Source: Candidatus Latescibacterota bacterium (GTDB lineage Bacteria > Latescibacterota > UBA2968 > UBA8231). Taken from it: a DNA stretch of 64,000 nt. Of this stretch, positions 26,861 to 36,844 are shown piece by piece (position 1 is the stretch's first letter; the number at the start of each line of letters is the position of its first letter). The DNA lies in assembly GCA_965204725.1 (NCBI GenBank), contig OZ242005.1:736001-800000 (forward strand), in the 5' to 3' direction. The notes under the pieces are model-generated. The model was given only the letters and a program-made list of their open reading frames with translations, did not search any database and had not been told where the DNA came from. The position numbers were made by a program, and so were the translations under genes.

Positions 26861-27067
26861 TCAAAATTTCGCATTTTCTTCTTCGCCCGGCGCGAAATCC
26901 TCGTCTTCTTCCCCGGGCACTTCGTAGATCCACCCACAATTTGGACACAAGGGATATTCTGCATCCTCCCGGCGGGTTTGGCACTGGGGGCACCGCGGGC
27001 CAAAGGGCGACCAGAATTTTAGCACCACGACGACCAGCAGCAATACGGCGAACAAGGTGTAGAACAT
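26861..27067 (-). CDS. Small membrane-anchored zinc-ribbon protein
   Basis: N-terminal TM, CPQC...CPNC, acidic tail; GGAGG RBS. Confidence 0.65.
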   Translation of the reverse strand: MFYTLFAVLLLVVVVLKFWSPFGPRCPQCQTRREDAEYPLCPNCGWIYEVPGEEDEDFAPGEEENAKF

Positions 27068-27097
27068 CTGCTGCCTCCTCTGCGCTCGGCCGCGCCC

Positions 27098-27946
27098 TTA
27101 GCGGCCCTTCTTGGCGGCCTGGAGCTGGCGCAACTGGCGGCGGCGTCCCCAGCGGCTGCGCTTGACGCGCCGGCCCAAGGGCGGCCGCAGGGGGCCGTCG
27201 GCGACCAGCTCGTCGAGCACTCGATTGAGGCGGTCTGGCTGATTGGTGATGATCCCCTGCACTCCCATCGTCGCCAAGTCGCGCATGGCAATATCCTCGT
27301 CAACGGTCCAAGCCCAGACCGCAATGCCCCGCTTGCGGGTCTCTTCGAGGAAGGGCGGAGTCAGCACCGCGTACCACATCGCCAGCGCGTTGGCCCCCAC
27401 TTGCAGCACTTGGCGCACGAGGCGGCGCGCCCGCACCCGCGATGGCGTAGTCGGCAACTGGCCGACCAACAGCGCTGTGGGCAGGGTCGGCGCGAGCAAA
27501 TTGAGCCGCTGGACGGTTTGCGGATTGAACGCTTGCACCACGACGCGCTCAGCCGCATTCATCGCCTCAATCGCCTGCAGGACGCGCTCGGCAATGCCGT
27601 CGGCTTTGATCTCTATCAGCACGAGCGCTTGGTTCCGCGCTAAGTCGAGCACGTCTTCGAGCAGGGGCACGCGCTCGCCGGCGAAATCAGGGCTAAACCA
27701 GCGGCCCGCGTCGAGTTGGCGCACTTGGTCGCCCAACAGGTCGGCGACCAACCCGGTGCCATTGGTCGTCCGGTCGAGTGCCGAGTCGTGCAAGACTACG
27801 AGCTGGCCGTCACGGGTGGCGCGGACATCAATTTCGAGGATATCAACGCCGATCTGGAGGGCCTTTTCGCAAGCGGCCAGCGTGTTTTCAGGGGCCAGCC
27901 CCGGACCGGACGCGCCGCGATGGGCAATGCGCAGGGGGGTGATCAT
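27098..27946 (-). CDS. Glycerophosphodiester phosphodiesterase
   Basis: 'IAHRGASG..APENTLAA', 'EIDVRATRDG..VVLHD..LDRTT', 'IEIK', 'AWTVD', 'GIITN'. Confidence 0.92.
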   Translation of the reverse strand: MITPLRIAHRGASGPGLAPENTLAACEKALQIGVDILEIDVRATRDGQLVVLHDSALDRTTNGTGLVADLLGDQVRQLDAGRWFSPDFAGERVPLLEDVLDLARNQALVLIEIKADGIAERVLQAIEAMNAAERVVVQAFNPQTVQRLNLLAPTLPTALLVGQLPTTPSRVRARRLVRQVLQVGANALAMWYAVLTPPFLEETRKRGIAVWAWTVDEDIAMRDLATMGVQGIITNQPDRLNRVLDELVADGPLRPPLGRRVKRSRWGRRRQLRQLQAAKKGR

Positions 27947-27947
27947 C

Positions 27948-29156
27948 TCAAGCGCCGAATTTGTCGAGCCGCTGCGCGTGGGCCAACGCGAGGGCCATCA
28001 AGCTGGTCGCCGGCGCGATTCCGAGGCTGCCGACGCTGCAACCGCGCTCGGAAAATTCACTAGCCGCATCGGCCAACGCCCATCGGCTCGCTAGGACCGT
28101 GGGCACGGGGTGCCAACTGTGGCCCCGCATAATTGAGGGGGTCGAGTGATCGCCGGTGACGATGAGCACCTCGGGCTGTAGCGCCAGCACCCTCGGAATG
28201 TAGGTATCGACCTCCTCTAACAACCGCACCTTCAGGTCGAAATCGCCGTCTTCGCCGGCGCTGTCGGTTTTCTTTACGTGGACGTAGAAAAAGTCGTAGT
28301 CCGCGTAGCGGCTTTCGAGCAAGGCGAACTCGGAGGCGAGGTCCCAGCCGACCGCTTCGACATCCATGCCCACGGCCCCGGCCACGCCGCGGTACATGGG
28401 ATACCCGGCAATGCCCAGTGCTTTCAGCCCGTACGCCTCGTCCATCGACACCAACTCTGGGTAGCGGCCAAATCCCCGCAGCAACACCATGTTGGCCGGG
28501 TGCTCGTCGGCGAGCAAGGCGGCGGCTTGCGCTAGAAAGGCATTGGCCGCTTCGACTGTGCATTCCGAATCCGGCGCGAGGGCCGTCAGGGGCTTGGGCG
28601 GCACCCCGGTCACCTGCGGGTCCGAATCCGAGACTTGGTCGCCCAAGCCCGCGCCGCGAAACACCACGCCGGCGCGGTACTCCATCTCGGCGGCGACCTG
28701 CACCTCCACCTTGGGCACTGAGATCGCGCTCAACACTTCGCAGAGCTGGCGGCCTTTTTCCGTTGGGATGCGGCCGGCGCGGCGGTCGCTCACCCGGCCC
28801 GCAGCATCCACCGTACAAAAATTGAGGCGCGCCGCTATGTCGCCGCGAGCAAAATCCAACCCCAAGCCGAGGGCCGAAAGGGCGCCGCGACCGATTTGGC
28901 TTTGCCACGGATCGTAACCAAACAGGGCCAAGTGGGCCGGGCCGCTGCCCGGGGTAAAGCCGGCCCCCAAAGGCGACACCAAGCCGCAGAGGCCCCCTTG
29001 GGCCAGCGCGTCTAAGTTGGGCAACCGGGCCGTCTCTAGCTCGGACTTGCCCGTGGCCGGATGGGGCAACCCGCCCAAGCCATCGACGACCAAGAGGACG
29101 ATTTTGGCGTCGCTATCCCGGATGCACAATTCCTTGGTGTATTGGGAACTTATCAC
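27948..29156 (-). CDS. apgM: 2,3-BPG-independent phosphoglycerate mutase (archaeal-type)
   Basis: 'VDGLGG', 'TPGSGPAHLALFGYDP', 'DRRAGRI', 'HVKKTDSAGEDG', 'TGDHSTP..GHSWHPVP'. Confidence 0.9.
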   Translation of the reverse strand: MISSQYTKELCIRDSDAKIVLLVVDGLGGLPHPATGKSELETARLPNLDALAQGGLCGLVSPLGAGFTPGSGPAHLALFGYDPWQSQIGRGALSALGLGLDFARGDIAARLNFCTVDAAGRVSDRRAGRIPTEKGRQLCEVLSAISVPKVEVQVAAEMEYRAGVVFRGAGLGDQVSDSDPQVTGVPPKPLTALAPDSECTVEAANAFLAQAAALLADEHPANMVLLRGFGRYPELVSMDEAYGLKALGIAGYPMYRGVAGAVGMDVEAVGWDLASEFALLESRYADYDFFYVHVKKTDSAGEDGDFDLKVRLLEEVDTYIPRVLALQPEVLIVTGDHSTPSIMRGHSWHPVPTVLASRWALADAASEFSERGCSVGSLGIAPATSLMALALAHAQRLDKFGA

Positions 29157-29165
29157 GTGTGTATC

Positions 29166-30845
29166 CTAAGCAGTCGGCTCCGACAAGTGCAGGTCCTTAA
29201 TGACCATCTGCACGGCACCGTTGCCTGTGTAAGTGTCTGCCTCCAGCTCGAAAGCCGCGCTCAGCCGTGTGCCCGGCTGCACCTTGTCTGCGAGGGCTGG
29301 TTGGTTCCACCACAGCGCGGCACAGCGACGCCTACCCACCTCCAATTCCGCCTTAAAGTGGCGGCCATCGGAGCCGATTTGCCGCGACCCGACGACTCGG
29401 CAGTCTGCGAGGGCAAAAACCGGACGCCGGTGTCCGTTGCCAAAAGGCTCTAGCTCAGCGAGCTGCTTCACCGTGTCGAGCGTCAAATCAGTCGGCTCGA
29501 GCATCAGATCGATGTCCAAGACAGGTTGCAGGGCCTCGGCCCGAATGTGGGCGTTGGCGTGGTTAATCAGCGCGAGGCGAAAGCCCTCAAAGGCGTCAAT
29601 CGCGAGCGAAAACCCCGCGGCCGCTGGATGGCCGCCGTGCGTTTTTAAGTGTTCTTGGCAGGCGTGGATTCCCGCGCTGATGTCGTAGCCCGGGATGCTG
29701 CGGGCCGAGCCAACGCACAGCCCGTGATCGGCTCCTTGGGTACACACGACAGCCGGGCGGGCGTATTGTTCGCACAACTTGCTGGCCAGCAAGCCGACGA
29801 TCCCCATATTCCACTCCCCCAGCACCACGATGATGCGGTCCTCTACGTCCTCCTCCGGGCCGACTTGTTCCTCAACCTCCCGGATGCCCTCGCGCTGCCA
29901 AGCCTGCCGCTGGGAGTTGAGCTTGTTGAGTTCGTCGGCTAGCTGCGCGGCCTCCCCCTCGCTTTGGGAGCGCAAAAGCCGCAGCGCCAAATCGGGCGTT
30001 TTTAAGCGGCCAGCGACGTTGATCCGCGGCCCCAACCGGAAGCCCAAGCTGGCGGCATCGAGAGACTGATTTTGGGCGTTGGCCACCCGCTTGAGCGCGC
30101 ACAACCCGAGGCGTTTGGTGCGCTGGAGGATCTGCAGGCCGCGCTGGATAAACAGGCGATTTTCCCCCAGCACGGGCACGAGATCGGCCACCGTCCCCAA
30201 GGCCACCAAGTCGAGCAATTCGTTGAGATAGCGGCGGCGTTCCTCGCCAGCGAGAAAGGCTTCGCTGAGGGCCTGCACCAGCTTGAAGGTGACGCCGACG
30301 CCAGCCAAGCTCTTGAACGGATAGCCGCAATCGCGGCGATTGGGATTGACGATGGCAAGGGCACGCGGCAGTTCAGCGAGCTGCTGGTGGTGATCGACTA
30401 CGACTACTTCCACGCCGTGCGCCGCGGCCAACTCCAAGGCATCGTAGGCCGAAATACCATTGTCAACCGTGACGATGACGCGCGCCCCCATTGCGATGGC
30501 GCGCTCGACCCCGGGCGGCTTGAGACCGTATCCGTCCTTGTGGCGATCGGGTAAGAGGCCGTCGCAGTCGGCCCCCACGCGCTCGAGAAAGTCCATCAGC
30601 ACGGCGGTGGAGCAAACCCCATCGACGTCGTAGTCGCCGTACACGACGATTTTTTCGCGGGCGCGCACGGCCCGTTCTAGCCGCGCAACCGCCGTTGCCA
30701 TATCCTGCATTTGCTCCGGCGGGTGCAGGGCGTCGGGGCCGACGTGTAGCTCGGCGCGGGTCAGGCCGCGGCCGGCGAGCAGCGCGTCGATTAAGCTATC
30801 GTACGGGTCGTTGCGGAGGACATTCCAGACGGGGTAACGGCGCAT
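29166..30845 (-). CDS. recJ: Single-stranded-DNA exonuclease RecJ
   Basis: 'YGDYDVDG', 'TVDNG', 'VDHH', 'LGTVADLVP..GENR', 'GPRINVAGR', 'GSARS', 'GGHPAAAG', 'LEPFGNG'. Confidence 0.95.
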   Translation of the reverse strand: MRRYPVWNVLRNDPYDSLIDALLAGRGLTRAELHVGPDALHPPEQMQDMATAVARLERAVRAREKIVVYGDYDVDGVCSTAVLMDFLERVGADCDGLLPDRHKDGYGLKPPGVERAIAMGARVIVTVDNGISAYDALELAAAHGVEVVVVDHHQQLAELPRALAIVNPNRRDCGYPFKSLAGVGVTFKLVQALSEAFLAGEERRRYLNELLDLVALGTVADLVPVLGENRLFIQRGLQILQRTKRLGLCALKRVANAQNQSLDAASLGFRLGPRINVAGRLKTPDLALRLLRSQSEGEAAQLADELNKLNSQRQAWQREGIREVEEQVGPEEDVEDRIIVVLGEWNMGIVGLLASKLCEQYARPAVVCTQGADHGLCVGSARSIPGYDISAGIHACQEHLKTHGGHPAAAGFSLAIDAFEGFRLALINHANAHIRAEALQPVLDIDLMLEPTDLTLDTVKQLAELEPFGNGHRRPVFALADCRVVGSRQIGSDGRHFKAELEVGRRRCAALWWNQPALADKVQPGTRLSAAFELEADTYTGNGAVQMVIKDLHLSEPTA

Positions 30846-30982
30846 TGTACATTTACATCGTGGGAGTGGGTAGGACGCGGCTAAGACAATAATATCAACC
30901 GCGGCAAAGCCCGGTCAAGGCGACAGCACCGCGCTTGCCTAGACGCTAGTGTTGCGTACATTTGTCCGCCGTATTTTTCAAC

Positions 30983-31036
30983 CCAAGGATTGAGGGCGGG
31001 ACGCCCTCGGTCCCGGATTCAGCGGGAATAGCAGAA
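30983..31036. repeat. REP-like intergenic element, copy B
   Basis: ccaaggattgagggcgggacgccctcggtcccggattcagcgggaatagcagaa; perfect hairpin GAGGGCG-gga-CGCCCTC; homologous to 23614-23667. Confidence 0.7.
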
Positions 31037-31080
31037 AAGGCATACCTAAAGCAGGTGTCGCGTACCTACGTTTTTCAACT

Positions 31081-32298
31081 ATGACTCGAGCAAAGCATAT
31101 ATTCCTCATAGCCCTCCTCGGTCTCGCCGCGTTGCCCCACCCTGCGGCGGCCGGTCCCAATGCCGACGCCGAAATTTTCATCGGCCAAGAAGGCCCCTTC
31201 TGCGGGTTGGCCGCCAACAGCACCGTGGAGTTCAGCATCTCGGCGCGCAACATGAGCCAAGTGCGCCAAGTCCTATTCAAGTTTAGCTGGGAGCCAGCCC
31301 ACGCCATCGCCGCAGTCGCGGCCGCACTAGGCCAGACCACGAAAGCCCATTCCTTTGTCGCAATCCCCCCGATAGTAAAAGACCAGACCGCCGACTGGGG
31401 CAGCGCGACCCTCGGGGGGTCAGCAATTGAGGGCGAGGGTCATCTCGCGGACATGACGTTCACCTTGGCTGACTCCATCAGCTCCACCACGCCCATAGAC
31501 ATCTACCTCGACGTGGTGTCGCTCGGGCCTTCTTCTACCGAGCGCGACTTCATCCGGCCGCAAGTCGCGTTGTTGCGGAATTACTGCGACGCCGAGGGGC
31601 AGGCTCTGCCGGAGGGCATCTTCTTCCGCTGGGCCGAGCCAAACCACTCCTTTTCGGCCGCTGGGACCGGCGGCGTAGCCGATGGCAGCGATGGCGAAGT
31701 CCGCGTATCGGCGCGCCTGTTGTTACAGGCTGGGGCTTTCCGCGTCGGCGCGGCATTTACCTGGGACCTTACCAACACCGGCCCCGGCCCGGCCTACGCA
31801 TTTGCCAACGGCGAGGCCATCCTCATCCCGGCGGGCGCGACCCAACAGGTGACGACCACCAGCGACGAGCGCGGCCGGACCCACCTACTCCTCGACGCCG
31901 AACAGGAGACCGCGCTCGTTTTCACCACCTGTGCCGAAGGCTCGTGTGCTGAAAGCCAAGTGGAATGGGGGATTGCCACGTCCATCTCCGAGCCGTCCGG
32001 CTTGGCACTGCCACGCGAGCTCTTCCTCGCGCCGAACTACCCCAATCCCTTTAACGCCAGCACCGCGATCCCCTTTGCCCTGCCCGAGGGAGGGCCTCAC
32101 TTTGCCCAAATCGACATCTTCAATCTAATGGGTCAAAAGGTAGCTACGCCCTTTGCGGCGAATACGCCTCCGGGGCGGCACGTGGTCCACTGGAATAGCC
32201 AGTCGGCAACCGGCGCGCCAGCCGCCAACGGCCTCTACATCTACCGCCTGCGGACGGATTCGGCCGAGCGTCACCGCGCCATGCTCCTCTTGCGCTAA
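31081..32298 (+). CDS. Secreted protein with cohesin-like N-terminal region and T9SS-type/FlgD-like C-terminal domain
   Basis: Signal peptide; C-terminal 'LAPNYPNPFNASTAIPF...IFNLMGQKV...W....G...ANGLYIYRL...MLLLR'. Confidence 0.78.
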   Translation: MTRAKHIFLIALLGLAALPHPAAAGPNADAEIFIGQEGPFCGLAANSTVEFSISARNMSQVRQVLFKFSWEPAHAIAAVAAALGQTTKAHSFVAIPPIVKDQTADWGSATLGGSAIEGEGHLADMTFTLADSISSTTPIDIYLDVVSLGPSSTERDFIRPQVALLRNYCDAEGQALPEGIFFRWAEPNHSFSAAGTGGVADGSDGEVRVSARLLLQAGAFRVGAAFTWDLTNTGPGPAYAFANGEAILIPAGATQQVTTTSDERGRTHLLLDAEQETALVFTTCAEGSCAESQVEWGIATSISEPSGLALPRELFLAPNYPNPFNASTAIPFALPEGGPHFAQIDIFNLMGQKVATPFAANTPPGRHVVHWNSQSATGAPAANGLYIYRLRTDSAERHRAMLLLR

Positions 32299-32301
32299 GC
32301 C

Positions 32302-33618
32302 GTGCGCCCTCCCGACCCAACCCGCCTTGCGGCCGCGCGCCTGCTCCGCGACCTAGAGCGGCAAGCCCAGCCCTTCGACGAATTGGTACAAGCCCTCGAC
32401 GCACGCTTGCCGACCAACCGCGACGCACGCTTCGCCCGTCAGCTCGTCCTCGGGGTGGTGCGGTGGCAGAAGCGGCTCGACTGGATCATCGCCACCTGCT
32501 GCGCCCGCCCGGTCGCCCAACTCGCGCCTTGGGCCCGCCATATTTTGCGCCTCGGCACCTATCAGCTCTTCTGGCTCGACCGCGTCCCCCAGTCTGCGGC
32601 GGTCCATACCTCGGTCGAGCTAGCCAAGCACTTGACGCACCAAGGCATCGCCTCACTCGTCAACGCCGTCCTCCGCAACTTGCTGCGGCAACGCGCCCCC
32701 GTTTGCTACCCCGACCCGCACCAGACCCCGACGCGGTATCTCGCGGTCTATCACTCCCACCCCGAATGGCTGGTCAAGCGCTGGGTTGGCCGCTGGGGCC
32801 GCGAAATCGCCGAGCGCGTACTCGTGGCCAACAACCAGCCGGCCGAACTCAACATCTACCTCAATCGGCTGCGCCCCAACCGCGCACTGGTCGCCGAACT
32901 CGACTTGGTCCCGGTCGGGTCGAGACCGGGCTTTTATCGAGCGGCCAATGGCGCGGCGCTCTTCGCCTCCCGGGCCTACCAGCAGGGCCAATTTCAGGTT
33001 CAAGACCCCAACGCCGGCTTGGCCGTGGCCTTGCTCGACCCTCAGCCGGGCGAACGCCTACTCGATCTGTGTAGCGCACCCGGCGGCAAGGCGGTGCAAG
33101 CCGCCATCGCCATGGCAGACCGCGGCTGGGTCGTAGCCACCGACATTTCGCTGCCGCGACTCAAGCGGGTGCGCGAAAACGCCCGACGCCTGCGCCTGCA
33201 TGCCATCCGCCCAGTAGCCCGCGACGGCACGACCCCCGGGTGCGGTGTTTTCGACCGCGTCCTCGCCGATGTGCCCTGCAGTGCCACCGGCGTACTCGGG
33301 CGACGACCCGATGCCCGCTGGCGTCGCCAGCCGACCGAACTGGCAACCTTGACCGCCCGCCAACAGGTGCTCATCCAACGCGCTTACGAACACCTGCGGC
33401 CCGGCGGCGTCTTGGTGTATAGCACCTGTAGCTTGGAGGAAGAGGAAAACGAGGCCATTGTCGAGCGGTTCTTAAACCAGACCCCGACCGCTCGACTGGA
33501 GCGCGCCGATGCTCACTTCCCCGCCCAGCCTTATGCCGGCCGCTACGTCCTGACCATCCCGGGCCAACACGCCGGCGACGGCAGTTTTGCCGCACGCATC
33601 CGCAAGGTCGCATCGTGA
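32302..33618 (+). CDS. rsmB: 16S rRNA m5C967 methyltransferase
   Basis: NusB-like N-terminus; 'YHSHPEWLV', 'VQD', 'LDLCSAPGGK', 'DVPCSATG..RRPD', 'VYSTCS..EENE'. Confidence 0.93.
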   Translation: MRPPDPTRLAAARLLRDLERQAQPFDELVQALDARLPTNRDARFARQLVLGVVRWQKRLDWIIATCCARPVAQLAPWARHILRLGTYQLFWLDRVPQSAAVHTSVELAKHLTHQGIASLVNAVLRNLLRQRAPVCYPDPHQTPTRYLAVYHSHPEWLVKRWVGRWGREIAERVLVANNQPAELNIYLNRLRPNRALVAELDLVPVGSRPGFYRAANGAALFASRAYQQGQFQVQDPNAGLAVALLDPQPGERLLDLCSAPGGKAVQAAIAMADRGWVVATDISLPRLKRVRENARRLRLHAIRPVARDGTTPGCGVFDRVLADVPCSATGVLGRRPDARWRRQPTELATLTARQQVLIQRAYEHLRPGGVLVYSTCSLEEEENEAIVERFLNQTPTARLERADAHFPAQPYAGRYVLTIPGQHAGDGSFAARIRKVAS

Positions 33619-34388
33619 AAAACATCCTCCGCCAACTCGGCCTAGCTGCGGCCGGCGCGGTCCTCGCCGGCATCGTCGCCACCGTCCTGCTCGACGCGGT
33701 CATCATGCCGTACGTAGTCGATACGCCCAGCGTCCAAGTACCCGATCTCCAGGGCCTTTTCGCGCTCGAAGCATCCGCCCGCCTCAGCGAAGCAGGGCTG
33801 AAGATGACCATCGGCGATTCGCTGCACCACGAGACCATCTCGGCCGACGCGGTCGTCGATCAAGACCCAAGTGTGGGACAATGGGTCAAAAAGGGGCGGC
33901 GCATCGTCTTGAGCGTGAGCAAAGGGCCGCGCTACTCCGAAGTGCCCGACGTGCGCCGCGTCAGCCTCCGCGAGGCGCGTTTGCAACTAGAGGGAAACCA
34001 GCTCAAGAGCGGCCAAATCCTCTATCGCTCCTCAGAGACCCTGCCCGAGGGGGCCGTCGTTGAGCAGGCGCCCGCCCCGGGTGCTCGGCTCGCCCCCGGC
34101 AGCGCGGTTGACCTCCAAGTCAGCAACGGCCCCCCCACAGCCCGCAAGCGCGTTCCAAATCTAATCGGTCTGTCCATCAAAGTCGTGGCGGATACCTTGC
34201 GCAAATACGAAATGCGCATCGGCCACCTTGCCAAACACATCGACGAACAAAAACCCGTCGGCACGGTCCTCGATCAGGTGCCTAGGAGCGGGCAGCGCAT
34301 CCCGCGCCACAGCCGCATCGACCTCGTCGTCAGCGCCGCCGCACCGCCCCCAGCACCGGACGCCTTCGACAACTGGGAAGAACCATGA
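33615..34388 (+). CDS. PASTA-domain protein (3 repeats)
   Basis: TM then 'VPDLQG', 'VPDVRR', 'VPNLIG' repeats with 'V.Q.P..G'. Confidence 0.9.
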   Translation: MKNILRQLGLAAAGAVLAGIVATVLLDAVIMPYVVDTPSVQVPDLQGLFALEASARLSEAGLKMTIGDSLHHETISADAVVDQDPSVGQWVKKGRRIVLSVSKGPRYSEVPDVRRVSLREARLQLEGNQLKSGQILYRSSETLPEGAVVEQAPAPGARLAPGSAVDLQVSNGPPTARKRVPNLIGLSIKVVADTLRKYEMRIGHLAKHIDEQKPVGTVLDQVPRSGQRIPRHSRIDLVVSAAAPPPAPDAFDNWEEP

Positions 34389-35035
34389 ACGCCACGCGCA
34401 TCGGCCCTTCCCTCTTGGCGGCCGACTTTGCCCGCCTCGCCGAGGACATTGGCCGCGTCGAGCGCGGCGGAGCCGATTTTCTTCATCTCGACGTAATGGA
34501 CGGGCACTTCGTCCCCAACATTAGCTTTGGCCTACCGGTCGTCGCGGCCGTGCGCCAAACGACCCACCTAGAGCTCAACACGCACCTGATGTTGCAAAAC
34601 CCCTTGCCCTTTATCGGCCCCTTCAAAGAGGCCGGCGCGGACTCGCTCGTCGTCCACGTGGAAATCGAGGGCGACCTCCCGGCCGTCCTCGACGCCATTC
34701 GCCAGCACGGTCTCCAGTGCGGCCTCGCGGTCAATCCGAGGACGCCGGTCGCCGCCGCTTACCCCTATCTCGACGCGCTCGACTCGGTCTTGATCATGTC
34801 TGTGGAGCCGGGGTTTGGCGGCCAGACCTTTCAGCCGGCCGCCCTCGACAAAATCCGCGACCTGTGCGCGGAAATCGAGCGCCGTGGGCTAGACCTGCCC
34901 ATCGGCATCGACGGGGGGGTGCATCCCGGCAACGCGGCCGCCTGCCGCCGAGCCGGCGCCCGGTGCCTAGTGGCGGGTTCGGCCGTCTTTGGCGCTCGGG
35001 ATCCAGCCCGCATTATCGCCGCTCTGCGCGGCTGA
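34385..35035 (+). CDS. rpe: Ribulose-phosphate 3-epimerase
   Basis: 'PSLLAADF', 'HLDVMDGHFVPNISFG', 'MSVEPGFGGQ', 'IDGG', 'VAGSAVF'. Confidence 0.96.
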   Translation: MNATRIGPSLLAADFARLAEDIGRVERGGADFLHLDVMDGHFVPNISFGLPVVAAVRQTTHLELNTHLMLQNPLPFIGPFKEAGADSLVVHVEIEGDLPAVLDAIRQHGLQCGLAVNPRTPVAAAYPYLDALDSVLIMSVEPGFGGQTFQPAALDKIRDLCAEIERRGLDLPIGIDGGVHPGNAAACRRAGARCLVAGSAVFGARDPARIIAALRG

Positions 35036-35045
35036 CCCACTTCTG

Positions 35046-35074
35046 TTGCCATATCTATCATATTAACCTATATT
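35046..35074 (+). promoter_or_regulatory. Putative sigma70 promoter of the ffh operon
   Basis: TTGCCA-N17-TATATT in an AT-rich intergenic region. Confidence 0.6.
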
Positions 35075-35123
35075 CCAACCTTTTTGTCGCATTCTACCTC
35101 TCGACGCATTGACGCATCGGCCC

Positions 35124-36458
35124 ATGTTTGACCGACTCAGCGAACGCTTTGACAACCTCTTCCGCTCGCTTCGCGGGCAGGGGCGCATCACCGAGCGCAA
35201 CATCGACGATACGCTGCGCCAGATTCGCCGCTCGCTACTCGAAGCCGATGTCAACTTCAAGGTCGCCAAGGACTTTATTCAGCGGGTCAAAGAGCAGGCT
35301 CTCGGCCAAAACGTCCTCAAGAGCCTGACCCCAGGCCAGCAACTCGTCAAAATCGTCCACCGCGAGCTCGTCTCCTTACTCGGCGGCAGCCACAGCCCGC
35401 CCAACCTCGCCGCCCACCCGCCCACCGTCGTCATGCTCGTCGGCCTGCAGGGCTGTGGCAAGACGACCATGGCCGCCAAGCTAGCCCGCCAGTTCAAGGA
35501 AAGAGACCGGCCCCCGCTGTTGATCGCCGCCGACGTGTATCGCCCAGCCGCCATCGCCCAGCTTCAGTCGCTGGGTGCCTCCATCGATGTGCCCGTCTTT
35601 AGCCAGCCTACGGGCACCGATCCGGTCGCCATCTGCCGCCACGGCATCGACCACGCCCGCCAGACCCACCGCAGCATCGCGCTCATAGACACGGCGGGCC
35701 GCCTGAGCATCGATGAGAACATGATGGACGAGCTAGACCGCATCCGGCAGGCCGTTGAGCCGCACGAGATCCTCTTTGTCGCCGACAGCATGCAGGGTCA
35801 AGACGCCGTAGAAACCGCCGCCCGCTTTAACCAGTGCCTCGCGTTTACCGGCTGCGTCCTGACCAAGCTCGACAGCGACGCCCGCGGTGGGGCCGCGCTG
35901 TCAATCCGCGCCGTCACGGGCCGGCCGATCAAATTCGTCGGCATTGGCGAGAAAATCGAAGACTTAGAGTCCTTTCACCCCGACCGCATGGCCTCGCGCA
36001 TCCTCGGCATGGGCGACATCGTCTCGCTCGTGGAAAGGGCCGAGCAGTCCATGGAGCGCGACAAGGCCCAACAGCTCGAAGAAAAGCTCCGCCGGGCCTC
36101 TTTCACTTTTGAGGATTTTCTCTCGCAGTTGCACGCCGTCCGCCGCATGGGGCCTCTCGACCAGCTCATGGGCATGATTCCCGGGGCCAGCAAGGCCCCC
36201 AAGGACATGCAGCTCGACGAAAGCGCGTTTGCCCAAGTCGAGGCCATTATCAACTCCATGACCCGCCAAGAGCGCGTCCAACCCAAAATCCTCAATGGCA
36301 GCCGCCGCAAGCGCATCGCCCGCGGCAGCGGTACGACGGTCCAAGACGTGAACCAGCTAGTCAAGCAATTTTTTATGATGCAGAAAATGATCAGACAGAT
36401 GGGCCGCACCAAAGGCAAAGGCGGCCGCGCAAAAATGAGAATGCCCCTCGTGGGCTAG
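35124..36458 (+). CDS. ffh: Signal recognition particle protein
   Basis: 'LLEADVN', 'GLQGCGKTT', 'DVYRPAA', 'DTAGR', 'TKLDSDARGG', 'FHPDRMASRILGMGD', M-domain 'SRRKRIARGSG'. Confidence 0.97.
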   Translation: MFDRLSERFDNLFRSLRGQGRITERNIDDTLRQIRRSLLEADVNFKVAKDFIQRVKEQALGQNVLKSLTPGQQLVKIVHRELVSLLGGSHSPPNLAAHPPTVVMLVGLQGCGKTTMAAKLARQFKERDRPPLLIAADVYRPAAIAQLQSLGASIDVPVFSQPTGTDPVAICRHGIDHARQTHRSIALIDTAGRLSIDENMMDELDRIRQAVEPHEILFVADSMQGQDAVETAARFNQCLAFTGCVLTKLDSDARGGAALSIRAVTGRPIKFVGIGEKIEDLESFHPDRMASRILGMGDIVSLVERAEQSMERDKAQQLEEKLRRASFTFEDFLSQLHAVRRMGPLDQLMGMIPGASKAPKDMQLDESAFAQVEAIINSMTRQERVQPKILNGSRRKRIARGSGTTVQDVNQLVKQFFMMQKMIRQMGRTKGKGGRAKMRMPLVG

Positions 36459-36483
36459 GCATCCAAGTCCAAGGAGAATAGCA

Positions 36484-36834
36484 TTGGTCAAACTTCGCCT
36501 GAAGAGAATAGGCAAACGCAAACAGCCCTACTACCGGATCGTCGCGGCCCACGTTAGCGTCGCCCGCAACGGCCGCGCCCTCGCCAAGGTGGGCCTTTAC
36601 GACCCCCTGCATGCGAAAGTCACCATCGACGAAGAGCGCGCCATAGAGTGGCTCAACAAAGGCGCGCAGATGACCGAGACCGTCGCCGACCTCTTCCACA
36701 GCCAAGGGATACTGGCCCGCTGGAAGGGCGGAGAGGGCCGGGTGCGCGACGATGCCCTCACCCGCGACAAGCCCAAGCGCCGACGCAAGCAAGCGGCAGC
36801 GGCACCCATCGAACCCGCCGAGCAAGAAGCCTAA
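36484..36834 (+). CDS. rpsP: 30S ribosomal protein S16
   Basis: 'VKLRLKRIGKRKQPYYRIV', 'WLNKGAQMTETV'; TTG start with AAGGAG RBS. Confidence 0.95.
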   Translation: MVKLRLKRIGKRKQPYYRIVAAHVSVARNGRALAKVGLYDPLHAKVTIDEERAIEWLNKGAQMTETVADLFHSQGILARWKGGEGRVRDDALTRDKPKRRRKQAAAAPIEPAEQEA

Positions 36835-36844
36835 GAGCCACCGC

